From Candidatus Xenobia bacterium (GTDB taxonomy: Bacteria; Vulcanimicrobiota; Xenobia; Xenobiales; QWHO01), in the NCBI GenBank assembly GCA_045863235.1, contig BTUM01000001.1, forward strand, positions 32,001-96,000: DNA of 64,000 nucleotides. The letters are read 5' to 3'. Below are positions 49,763-58,582 of this stretch, in pieces (the first letter of the stretch is position 1; each line of letters starts with the position of its first letter). The notes under the pieces are model-generated. The model had not been told where the DNA came from. It saw nothing but the letters and a program-made list of their open reading frames with translations, and ran no database searches. The translations under genes were made by a program, and so were the position numbers.

Positions 49763-50311
49763 ATGTCTTTGCGTCCGCTAGCGTCTCTGATGCTCCTGTC
49801 GGCGCTGATGACCGGCCTTCTGGTAGGTGGTCAGCCGGCACGCGCTGAGGACGACCTCGGTACGGTCAACAAGATCACAGAGTGGGGTCCTTACCGCTAT
49901 AAGCTGTATCAGTATCCCTCTCGCACCACGAGCTTCTTTGTTTATCCAAGAAGCTACGTGACTTTCGATATTCATAATGCGAAATATTGGATGGTCGAGT
50001 CGGCTCGATTCGACTTCGTCCCTGATGGGATCAATGGATGGGAGACCCTTTTCGGCATTGGCTATCGTTCGCTGCGGCCGGAGAAACTTCACATCTATTT
50101 CTATACCCCGGACATGAAGCTTCTTGGTGAACTCCATGAGTTTCGGTGTGGCCAGACCTACAGTATCCCCCGCGATGGAAACGATTATGAGCGCATCGTG
50201 GTGAAGATTGAGTGTGGCTCCCAGATGAATTGGGATCTCAAGATGCTCGTTTGGGACCCCGTCGATCCGGTGATCGCCGAGCCGATTCCGCAGGATACCT
50301 TCCGCCAGTAA
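49763..50311 (+). CDS. secreted hypothetical protein
   Basis: Signal peptide ending ARA; followed by a terminator. Confidence 0.7.
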   Translation: MSLRPLASLMLLSALMTGLLVGGQPARAEDDLGTVNKITEWGPYRYKLYQYPSRTTSFFVYPRSYVTFDIHNAKYWMVESARFDFVPDGINGWETLFGIGYRSLRPEKLHIYFYTPDMKLLGELHEFRCGQTYSIPRDGNDYERIVVKIECGSQMNWDLKMLVWDPVDPVIAEPIPQDTFRQ

Positions 50312-50334
50312 CGGCGACCGTTTCCCGCGTTAAG

Positions 50335-50371
50335 AAAGGCCCGCTTCCAGGTATCTGGAAGGGGGCTTTTT
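50335..50371. terminator. bidirectional terminator
   Basis: AAAGGCCCGCTTCCAG / CTGGAAGGGGGCTTTT. Confidence 0.7.
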
Positions 50372-50398
50372 GTCGTCCATCCCCAACCAATAGCATGC

Positions 50399-51160
50399 TT
50401 ACCGGCGTCGGGCCATCAGGGTCTCATAGACAAAAGGAATGGCTCTTCGGCTGACGACCATTCGAGCTCGGCCTGGCGGCCCAAAAACCAGAGCCTCGAT
50501 TCCCTGGAAGTCGGTTGGCCGAGTGAACCTGGCGCCGAGCTGCCAGCGGGTCTGGGCATCGTAGTGGACCGTCAAACTCCCAATGGTCAGTGTTCCTTCC
50601 AGGAGGGACGAGGGGTTGACCGAGCTGAGGATTCCTTGAGCCAGCAGCGGCCCGTGCTCCATTTCGAACTCGTGAATCACATAGCTCATGGCATCAAAGA
50701 TCGAGCTTGCCAGAAAGCCCTCTCCCGATTGTCCCATTACGGTTATGTTTTCTCCCTCGTGCAACTCGAGCCAGTTGCCTACCTGACCTTCCTTGAAGAG
50801 TACCGAGTCTCTGGGAATGCGGATCCGGACCGGTCCGCCCCGGGTTTCGAGGGTGAGCTCCTTGCGCCCGGGCTGTACCGCTCGAATGCGGCCCGACACT
50901 TGCTCGCGGTCGCTCAGGCTGAGCCAGTTGGCGTTCCCTGTGCCATCCAACCGCAAAATCAGCCTGTCGCCCCGCCGGTAGCGGGCTCGGTCTCCCGTCC
51001 AGACCGCACGAGGACTTACAGGAACGGTCAGGCGCCGACCGTCGACGGCTCGAAGGGTGATCGAGCGCGGCGTGATCGTCAGAGCCACGCCTTCCAACTG
51101 CTCGGCCAGAGCAGCGGCCGTCAGCAGGAGCAGGGTGAGGAGCGAGCAGGCGAGCTTCAG
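50399..51160 (-). CDS. secreted protein with tandem OB-fold-like (DUF5666-like) repeats; probable CTG start
   Basis: Three 'G.I..V......L.L' repeats; signal peptide begins at a CTG overlapping the proA stop. Confidence 0.65.
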   Translation of the reverse strand: MKLACSLLTLLLLTAAALAEQLEGVALTITPRSITLRAVDGRRLTVPVSPRAVWTGDRARYRRGDRLILRLDGTGNANWLSLSDREQVSGRIRAVQPGRKELTLETRGGPVRIRIPRDSVLFKEGQVGNWLELHEGENITVMGQSGEGFLASSIFDAMSYVIHEFEMEHGPLLAQGILSSVNPSSLLEGTLTIGSLTVHYDAQTRWQLGARFTRPTDFQGIEALVFGPPGRARMVVSRRAIPFVYETLMARRR

Positions 51161-52410
51161 ACGCGTATCTGGCCGTCGCCGTCGATGAGATACTTGGCGG
51201 TGGTCAGCTCGTTCAGGCCCAGCGGCCCGCGGGCGTGCATCCGCTGGGTCGAAATGCCGATCTCGGCTCCGAAACCGAACTCGCCGCCATCCGTGAAACG
51301 GGTGGAGGCGTTCACGTAGACCGCGCAGGCATCCACCTCTCGCTGAAAGCGGCGAGCCGCCTCCAGGCTGGTGGTGACGATCGCTTCGGAATGGGAGGTT
51401 CCGTGCCGGGCTATGTGCTCGATGGCCTGGTCGAGCCCGTCCACGACGCGTACTGCCAGGATGAGGTCGAGATACTCGGTATCCCAGTCGCGTTCGTCGG
51501 CTGAGCTGGCCTCCGGGAGCAACTGGCAGGTGAGCGGGCAGCCGCGCAACTCGACGTTCTTGGCCCTGAGCCGTTCGTCTACCCGGGGGAGGAAGCGCTC
51601 GGCCAAAGCCCGGTGCACCAGCAGGGTTTCCAGGGCGTTACAGACAGCCGGCCGGGAGGTCTTGCCGTTGTCGAGAATGGCCAGGGCCATTTCCTGATCC
51701 GCATCATCGTGAACATAGAGGTGGCAGTTCCCCACGCCGGTTTCGATGACGGGTACGGTGGCCGTCGAGATCACCCGCTGGATCAGCTCGTGACCGCCGC
51801 GCGGGATGATGCAGTCGACCAGGCCCGTCATGGTGGCCAATTCATCCACCGACTCGCGACCAGCTTCGGCCACTCCCTGAATCGCCTCCGCAGGCAACCC
51901 GACCTCGCGCAGGGCCTGCTGGAGGAGGTCCACCAGGACCTGGTTGGAGTGACGGGCCGAAGACGAGCCGCGCAGCAAGCAGGCGTTGCCTGCCTTGAAA
52001 GCCAGGCTGCTGGCCTCCACGGTTACATTGGGTCGAGCTTCATAGATCATGGCCAGCACACCCAGGGGCACCCGCATGCGTCGAATTTGCAGGCCATTGG
52101 GGCGGGTCCACCCTTCCATCAAGCCGATCGGGTCGGCCAGTCGCATCACCTCTTCGGTGCCGGCGGCCATCGATTCGATGCGCTGGGGGGTGAGGCGCAG
52201 CCGGTCCATCAAGGCGGTGCTCATGCCCTGTTGCCTGCCCGTCTCGAGATCCCGCTGATTGGCCGATAGAATGATCTCCTGAGAAGCTCGTAGCTGGCCG
52301 GCCATGGCGGCCAGGGCAGCGTTCTTTTGTCCGGTGCTCAGGATGGCCAGTTGACGTGCGACAACTCTGGCTCTCATGGCCCGCTCTCGGACCGGGCTGA
52401 GCTTCAGCAT
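51157..52410 (-). CDS. proA: gamma-glutamyl phosphate reductase
   Basis: IYEARPNVT, IPRGG, CNALETLLVH, NASTRFTDG, GISTQRMHARGP. Confidence 0.97.
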   Translation of the reverse strand: MLKLSPVRERAMRARVVARQLAILSTGQKNAALAAMAGQLRASQEIILSANQRDLETGRQQGMSTALMDRLRLTPQRIESMAAGTEEVMRLADPIGLMEGWTRPNGLQIRRMRVPLGVLAMIYEARPNVTVEASSLAFKAGNACLLRGSSSARHSNQVLVDLLQQALREVGLPAEAIQGVAEAGRESVDELATMTGLVDCIIPRGGHELIQRVISTATVPVIETGVGNCHLYVHDDADQEMALAILDNGKTSRPAVCNALETLLVHRALAERFLPRVDERLRAKNVELRGCPLTCQLLPEASSADERDWDTEYLDLILAVRVVDGLDQAIEHIARHGTSHSEAIVTTSLEAARRFQREVDACAVYVNASTRFTDGGEFGFGAEIGISTQRMHARGPLGLNELTTAKYLIDGDGQIRV

Positions 52411-53483
52411 GGTTGGGCCTCCTTGGCGCGCGGTTGGCGGTGAATCACGAGATTGTCGCAATGGATGATCTCGGGCGAGCCGCGCTTGCCGGACGATTCT
52501 GCGATCGCGCGCTGGATCTCCTCGCTACTCAAGTTCGTGAGCCCTCGTCCCAACTCGAGCAGATCAGGGCCCACCAGGGTCACAAGCTCGCCGACCTGGA
52601 ACTGGCCCACGACCTCTTTGATGCCCACCGCCAGAAGACTCTTGCCGCGCGAGGTCAGGGCCCGAGCAGCCCCGGCGTCGATGTGGAGCTTTCCTTTGCA
52701 GCTGGCGGCAGCCAGCCAGCGTTTGCGCCCGCCCAGCCGGCCACCCTCCTGCTGAAACAGTGTTCCCAGCTCCTCCCCCCGGGCCAGCCGCAGCAAGACA
52801 TCGTCTTCAGCTGCGGCCGCAATCACCATTCGGGTGCCGAAATCGAGCGCCGCCCGGGCTGCCTCCAGCTTGCTCAACATCCCTCCGGTTCCCCCCGCCG
52901 ACAGGCTGGAGTCGACCAGCCGCACCACCTCGTCAATGCGCTCGACTCGCCTGACGACCTCGCCATCGGGGCCCAGCAGGCCTCGAGTCTGAGTCAGGTT
53001 GACGACCAGGTCAGCGTCCACCAGTCCCCCCACCAGAGCGGCCAGTATGTCGTTGTCGCCGAACTTGATCTCGTCAGTGGCCACCGAGTCGTTCTCGTTG
53101 ATGATTGGTAGAACCCCGGCCCGCAACAGAGCTTGCAGGGTGTTGCGGGCGTTGAGGTAGCGCTCGCGCGCGTTGAGGTCGTCGCGGGTGAGCAGAACCT
53201 GGGCCACGGGGATGTTCAACAACTCGAAGAGGCGTTTGTACATGTGCATGAGCTCGACCTGGCCCAGGGCGGCCAGGGCCTGCTTCTGGGCCATGGTTTC
53301 CTCGCCTCGCGGCTTGAAGCTGGCCCGTCCCAGCCCAACCGCCCCCGAACTGACCAGGATGACCTCGCAACCTTGAGCCCGCAGAGTAGAGATCTGGCGC
53401 GCCAGCGGCATGAGCACGTCCCCGTTGGCGTAGCCATCGGAATGCAGCACGACCCGGGTGCCCACTTTGACCACCATCCGCAT
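52404..53483 (-). CDS. proB: glutamate 5-kinase with PUA domain
   Basis: VVKVGT, VSSGAV, INENDSV, FGDND, GTGGM.SK. Confidence 0.97.
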   Translation of the reverse strand: MRMVVKVGTRVVLHSDGYANGDVLMPLARQISTLRAQGCEVILVSSGAVGLGRASFKPRGEETMAQKQALAALGQVELMHMYKRLFELLNIPVAQVLLTRDDLNARERYLNARNTLQALLRAGVLPIINENDSVATDEIKFGDNDILAALVGGLVDADLVVNLTQTRGLLGPDGEVVRRVERIDEVVRLVDSSLSAGGTGGMLSKLEAARAALDFGTRMVIAAAAEDDVLLRLARGEELGTLFQQEGGRLGGRKRWLAAASCKGKLHIDAGAARALTSRGKSLLAVGIKEVVGQFQVGELVTLVGPDLLELGRGLTNLSSEEIQRAIAESSGKRGSPEIIHCDNLVIHRQPRAKEAQPC

Positions 53484-53542
53484 CGGAGCACACTTCGACC
53501 CGGTCAAGCAGGGCACCCTTTCAGGCTGTGTAAACTCACCCG

Positions 53543-54262
53543 ATGAGCCCGCGCGAGCTTTTCACCCTGCTTGGAGTAGGGATTGAGAACAGTCTCTACA
53601 ATGCGCGGCTCAATCTGCGCGAAGCGGCCCTGCTGGGTCGGTGCGCCTGGTGGTGGCGCCTCAAAAGCGGACTCAACCTCAGCTATCTGCTCGATCCGCC
53701 TTTCATGGTCTGCCGGCGGGAGCTGAAGGCCTCCGGCTTGCCTCAAAGTGACGTGACTTTTGGTGAGACGCCGCTCCTGACCGCCTACCGGCTGCTGAGC
53801 GAGCTCTCCGTCGGGCCCTCCGATACCGTGGTGGACCTGGGGTGCGGGCGGGGACAGACCCTGTTGCTGGCTGCCCTGGCCTTCCGGGCCCGGGGTGTTG
53901 GCCTGGAAGTCTTGCCCACCTTCGTGGGGCGGGCCCGCTGGCTGGCACATTCGCTGGCAGTCGAAGACCAGGTGAGCTTTGAGCAGCGTGATTTTCGCTC
54001 CGGTCCTTTGCCCGAGGGAACGCTCTACTTTCTGTCCGCCACCTGTCTTGAGAATGAGTCATGGAGACAGGTTCAGTCCACCATGGTGGAGGCCCCGGCC
54101 GGGGCGCGCGCCCTGGTGGTCTCAAGTCCACTCCCGAGGTTGTGCTGGGAAACGGAGTGGGTCAGGCCGGTGGAATATAGCTGGGGGGTTGCCCAGACCT
54201 ATCTGCAACGGAGACTGGGACCCCCGCCGTTAAAGAGCCGCAAGAGAAGACCAAGGGACTAG
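53543..54262 (+). CDS. class I SAM-dependent methyltransferase (DOT1-like)
   Basis: TFGETP, VVDLGCGRG, GVGLE. Confidence 0.8.
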   Translation: MSPRELFTLLGVGIENSLYNARLNLREAALLGRCAWWWRLKSGLNLSYLLDPPFMVCRRELKASGLPQSDVTFGETPLLTAYRLLSELSVGPSDTVVDLGCGRGQTLLLAALAFRARGVGLEVLPTFVGRARWLAHSLAVEDQVSFEQRDFRSGPLPEGTLYFLSATCLENESWRQVQSTMVEAPAGARALVVSSPLPRLCWETEWVRPVEYSWGVAQTYLQRRLGPPPLKSRKRRPRD

Positions 54263-54379
54263 GAACGCAACCGCCTACAGCCACAGGGGGGGGGTTGCGG
54301 CCGGACTTCTCGATGGCGCAACGGTAGAATCCGCCTGAAAGGTTAAACGCCGGTTCCGGATCGGAAACGGAGACGAGGA

Positions 54380-54901
54380 TCAACCTTCGGAGGAGGCGGC
54401 CGGAACCTCTTCTGCCGGCGTGGTTTCCCCGGCAGGTGGCTCCGCCACCGGGACATCCTTCAGGTTGTCGCGCAGGTTCTCGAGCAGGGCCTTGCGATCT
54501 TCGATATCGCGCGGATAGATCACGACGGAGGAGCGGATGCGGCCAGGGAACTGCTCGCCGGTATTGGGCTCGGTGAAACTCAGGCGGGCGAAGGCTTCGG
54601 CGATCTTGCCGGAGGCCACGCGTGCCCCTTCGTCAGAGGTCTCGGGTAGCACGTAGAGGAGCTGTTGGCCCCAGCGGACTCCCACGTCGACCTGGCGAGT
54701 GGTTTTGGCCGAGAGTCGGGCCAGTGCTTTGAGCACGACGTAGAGCATGTCGGGCTTGAGTTTCTCGGGGATAATCGGCTCGAGCAACAGCAGGGAAAGG
54801 TCGCGGCCGAAGCGCCGCGCCCGGGACATCTCGTCTTCCAGACCCTCCTCGAGATACTCCTCATGGAGCAGGTTGGTCAGGTTATCTCGCCGACTCGGCA
54901 C
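54380..54901 (-). CDS. degenerate GGDEF-domain protein
   Basis: 'DNLTNL', 'EMSRARRFGRDLSLLLL', RQVD...RWGQQL, 'LPET'. Confidence 0.8.
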   Translation of the reverse strand: MPSRRDNLTNLLHEEYLEEGLEDEMSRARRFGRDLSLLLLEPIIPEKLKPDMLYVVLKALARLSAKTTRQVDVGVRWGQQLLYVLPETSDEGARVASGKIAEAFARLSFTEPNTGEQFPGRIRSSVVIYPRDIEDRKALLENLRDNLKDVPVAEPPAGETTPAEEVPAASSEG

Positions 54902-54930
54902 GCTCTAACTCCCCTCCACCCGATTTCGGC

Positions 54931-57900
54931 TCAGCAGACCCAGAGGGCCTCTTCCCCGAGCAGCGAGTGGACCTCACGTTCCAGCCCCGTCCCCTCGCTG
55001 GCTGTGAAGGGTGCCGAGAGCATCATGACGGTCTCTCCCTGCGGGCTCGTCAAATGCAAATAGACTTCTCGATCCCCGCGATTGCGCTGAATAATGTCTC
55101 GCAGTCGCGGGAGCGAATCGCTCTGGAACATCTGCACACGAATGTGGATTCCCGTTCGACTCTCAGTCGATTGGGACCCATTCCGCTTTGCGTCAGCCCC
55201 TGCGAGGCGCTCCAGGCAAAGGATCGACTCGGCCTGGACCTTCACCTCCTCGCCAGGATTCTCCTCCTCTTCGCTATCCTGGCGCCGCTGGCGGGTCTCG
55301 GTTGTGCCCTCCACGAGCAGCATGGCACCGTCCTGCAAAAGGACGCCAAATTTCTCGTAGGCTTGAGGTCGGAGGCTGACCTCGATCGAGCCCGTAAAGT
55401 CCTCCAGTTGCACGAAGGCCATGGTGGTCTTGAAGCGGGTGACGATCTTGCGCACCGAGGTAACCAGCCCACCGATCTTGATCTTGGTACCGGTCTCCAC
55501 CGAGCCCAACTCGGCGATCACGTGGCTGGCTCGCGTCTTGAGAACGTCCCTGACCTCACTTAGGGGGTTGTCTGACAGGTAAACCCCCAGCATCTCCTTC
55601 TCCCAGCTGAGCAGGGTCTTTTTGTCCACCTCGGGGCACTTCTTGGGTCCCATCTGGGCGAAACTGACCTTGCTTTCACCGATGGCGTCGAACAAACCGA
55701 ACTGTCCGCTGGACTCATCCCTCGCAAGACGCTGGCCATACTCGATGCAGGCGTCCAGGCTGTGAAGCAGGGTGGCCCGCGTCTCACCGAACGAATCCAA
55801 GGCCCCGGCTTTGATCAGGCCCTCCAGGATGCGCTTGTTGCAGACTCGCAAGTCGACCCGCGCACAGATGTCGGCAAGATCCAGGAACTTGCCGTCCTTC
55901 TGGCGCGCCTCCAAAAGGTTCTCCACCGCCCCCTCGCCGACGTTGCGAATGGCTGCCAGGCCCCAGCGGATGCCGGCCGACACCACCGAGAACTCCACCA
56001 TGGACTCGTTGACGTCGGGTGGGAGAACCGAGATTCCGCTCTGCGTGCACTCGGCGATGAAGAAGCTGACTTTCTCGATGCTGGATACGACGCTGGTCAA
56101 GAGAGCGGCCATGTATTCCTGGCGGTAGTTGGCCTTCAGGTAAGCGGTCTGGTAGGTGACCACGGCATAGGCTGCCGAGTGGGATTTGTTGAAACCGTAG
56201 GCGGCGAATTTCTCCATGGTCTCGAAGATGTCGGCCGCGACTTTCTTGTCCACACCCAACCCCACCGCGCCTTCGGTGAAGATCTTTCGGTGTTTCTCCA
56301 TCACGTCGGCCTTCTTCTTGCCCATTGCCTTGCGCAGCCCATCGGCCATCGCCATGGAGTAGCCGGCCAGCACGTTGGCGGTCTGCATGACTTGCTCTTG
56401 GTAGAGGAAGAAGCCGTAAGTCTCCTTGAGGATGTTCTCGAGCCGCTCGTGAGGATAGACGATGGCTCCGCCCTTGCCATGTCGGCGCCGAATGAAGTCG
56501 TCGACCACTCCGCCTTGCAGCGGTCCAGGACGATAGAGGGCCAGGAACGCCACGATGTCGGAGAATTTGTCCGGCTTGAGCTGCTTGAGATAGCGCTTCA
56601 TACCGTCGGACTCGAGCTGGAACACGCCGTTGGTATCGGCCTCCGAGAGAAGCTGATAGGTCTTGCGGCACTTCTCGTCTTCCGGATCGTCGTGGTTCAA
56701 GGCCGTCAGGTCGAGCTTCTCGCCCCGCGAGCGCTCGATGATGCGCAGGCAGTGGTTGATGACGGTCAGATTGCGCAGGCCCAGGAAGTCCATCTTCACC
56801 AGGCCGACCTCGGCCACGTCGTTCATGTCGAACTGGGCCACCACTTCGTCCCCGTTCATCTTTTGCAGGGGAACGATGGTGGATAGTGGCTGGCTCGACA
56901 TCACCACTCCGGCGGCATGAATGCCAGCGTTACGGGCCATTCCCTCCACTTTGAGGGCTTGCTCGATCAGCCGGCGCGCGGTCTGATCCTGATCGTAGAG
57001 AGCCTTGAATTCCGGTGTCTCCAGGGCCATCTTGAGATCGACCCCCGGTCCCGCTGGCACCGTCTTGGCAATCTTGTCCACGTCCGGCAGGGGAACGCCC
57101 ATCACTCGCCCGATGTCGCGAATGGCAGCGCGAGCTTTCATCCGGCCGAAGGTGATGATCTGGGAAACGTACTCGTGGCCGTACTTCTCCCGCACGTAAC
57201 GGATGACTTCCTCGCGTCGCTCCACGCAAAAGTCGGTGTCGATGTCGGGCAGCTCGGTGCGCTCGGGCGAGAGGAATCGCTCGAACAGCAGGGCGTGCTT
57301 GAGCGGGTCAAGCTGGGTGATGCCGGTCAGGTAGGCTACCAGCGAGCCGGCTGCCGAGCCGCGTCCCGGTCCTACGGGAATGCCGTGATCGCGGGCGTAG
57401 CGGATGAAATCCCAGATGATCAAAAAGTAGTCTGGAAAGCCCTTGCCGATGATGACTTCGAGCTCGGTTTCCAGACGTTGCATGTATTCTTCGCCCGGGT
57501 TCTCGGTGCCAAAGCGCCACACGAAGCCTTCGCGGCAGAGCTGTCTCAGCATCTGGTCGCTGGTGACCCCATCGGGGCAGGGAAACTTGGGCAGATAGAC
57601 GGTGGAGAGGTCCATCTCCAGGTTGCAGCGCTCGGCAACCATCAAGGTGTTGCTCAAGGACTCGGGCAGATGACCGAAGCGTTGGGCCATTTCCTCGTAG
57701 CTCTTGAGGTAGAACTCCGGAGCCGCAAAGCGCATGCGGTTGGGATCGTCGAGAGTTTTCCCGGTCTGGATGCAGACCAGGGTATCCTGCACGGAGGCGT
57801 CGTCACGGGTCAGGTAGTGAGCGTCATTGGTGGCCACGAGGGGCAAGTTCATGTCGCGGGCCAGGCGGATCAGCTCGTGATTGGTCTTGTGTTGCTCGTC

Positions 57901-58437
57901 GATGCCGTGGTCCATCAGCTCCACGAAGAGATTCTCGCCAAAAATGTCGCGCAACTCGCCCAGCCGGCCCCGTGCCCCCTTCAGGTCGTCTTCCAGCAGG
58001 GCGGCATTGACCTCGCCCCGCAGGCATCCGGTCAGGGCCACCAGGCCTCTGGCATGCTTCTCCAGGCGGGCCCGATCAACCCGAGGTTTGTAGTAGTAAC
58101 CTTCCAGGTGGCCGGCGCTGACAAGCTGCAGCAGGTTGCGGTAGCCTTCGCGGTCCTGGGCAAGCAGGGTGAAGTGATAAGGGCGGTCATCCTTGCGGGA
58201 CTCCTTATCGAACATGGTGCGCTGTGAGACGTAGACCTCGCAACCGATCAGGGGCTTGATGCCAGCCTTCTTGCAGGCCTTGTAGAACTGCAGCGCACCG
58301 TACATCACGCCATGGTCGGTCATTCCCAGAGCTGGCATGCCCAGCTCAGCAGCTCGGCCCACCAGGTCGGGAATGCGGTTGCAGCCGTCGAGCAGGCTGT
58401 ACTCGGTGTGACAGTGGAGGTGAACAAAGGAACTCAC
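54931..58437 (-). CDS. dnaE: DNA polymerase III alpha subunit
   Basis: HLHCHTEYSLLDG, GRGSAAGS, PDIDTDF, KMDFLGL, YGFNKSH, internal clamp motif QFGLF. Confidence 0.98.
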   Translation of the reverse strand: MSSFVHLHCHTEYSLLDGCNRIPDLVGRAAELGMPALGMTDHGVMYGALQFYKACKKAGIKPLIGCEVYVSQRTMFDKESRKDDRPYHFTLLAQDREGYRNLLQLVSAGHLEGYYYKPRVDRARLEKHARGLVALTGCLRGEVNAALLEDDLKGARGRLGELRDIFGENLFVELMDHGIDEQHKTNHELIRLARDMNLPLVATNDAHYLTRDDASVQDTLVCIQTGKTLDDPNRMRFAAPEFYLKSYEEMAQRFGHLPESLSNTLMVAERCNLEMDLSTVYLPKFPCPDGVTSDQMLRQLCREGFVWRFGTENPGEEYMQRLETELEVIIGKGFPDYFLIIWDFIRYARDHGIPVGPGRGSAAGSLVAYLTGITQLDPLKHALLFERFLSPERTELPDIDTDFCVERREEVIRYVREKYGHEYVSQIITFGRMKARAAIRDIGRVMGVPLPDVDKIAKTVPAGPGVDLKMALETPEFKALYDQDQTARRLIEQALKVEGMARNAGIHAAGVVMSSQPLSTIVPLQKMNGDEVVAQFDMNDVAEVGLVKMDFLGLRNLTVINHCLRIIERSRGEKLDLTALNHDDPEDEKCRKTYQLLSEADTNGVFQLESDGMKRYLKQLKPDKFSDIVAFLALYRPGPLQGGVVDDFIRRRHGKGGAIVYPHERLENILKETYGFFLYQEQVMQTANVLAGYSMAMADGLRKAMGKKKADVMEKHRKIFTEGAVGLGVDKKVAADIFETMEKFAAYGFNKSHSAAYAVVTYQTAYLKANYRQEYMAALLTSVVSSIEKVSFFIAECTQSGISVLPPDVNESMVEFSVVSAGIRWGLAAIRNVGEGAVENLLEARQKDGKFLDLADICARVDLRVCNKRILEGLIKAGALDSFGETRATLLHSLDACIEYGQRLARDESSGQFGLFDAIGESKVSFAQMGPKKCPEVDKKTLLSWEKEMLGVYLSDNPLSEVRDVLKTRASHVIAELGSVETGTKIKIGGLVTSVRKIVTRFKTTMAFVQLEDFTGSIEVSLRPQAYEKFGVLLQDGAMLLVEGTTETRQRRQDSEEEENPGEEVKVQAESILCLERLAGADAKRNGSQSTESRTGIHIRVQMFQSDSLPRLRDIIQRNRGDREVYLHLTSPQGETVMMLSAPFTASEGTGLEREVHSLLGEEALWVC

Positions 58438-58582
58438 GGGCCTACTCCTCGAGGGGGTCTGGAAAAATTTTCCTCAGCCCGGCCTGAACACCTTTCGAAC
58501 GAGCGTGCTGTTGCGCAACGGTAACATTCCATCAACCCCGAGAGGGGGCCTTTCGGTCTATCCTCTCGACCTGGAGGACCCT

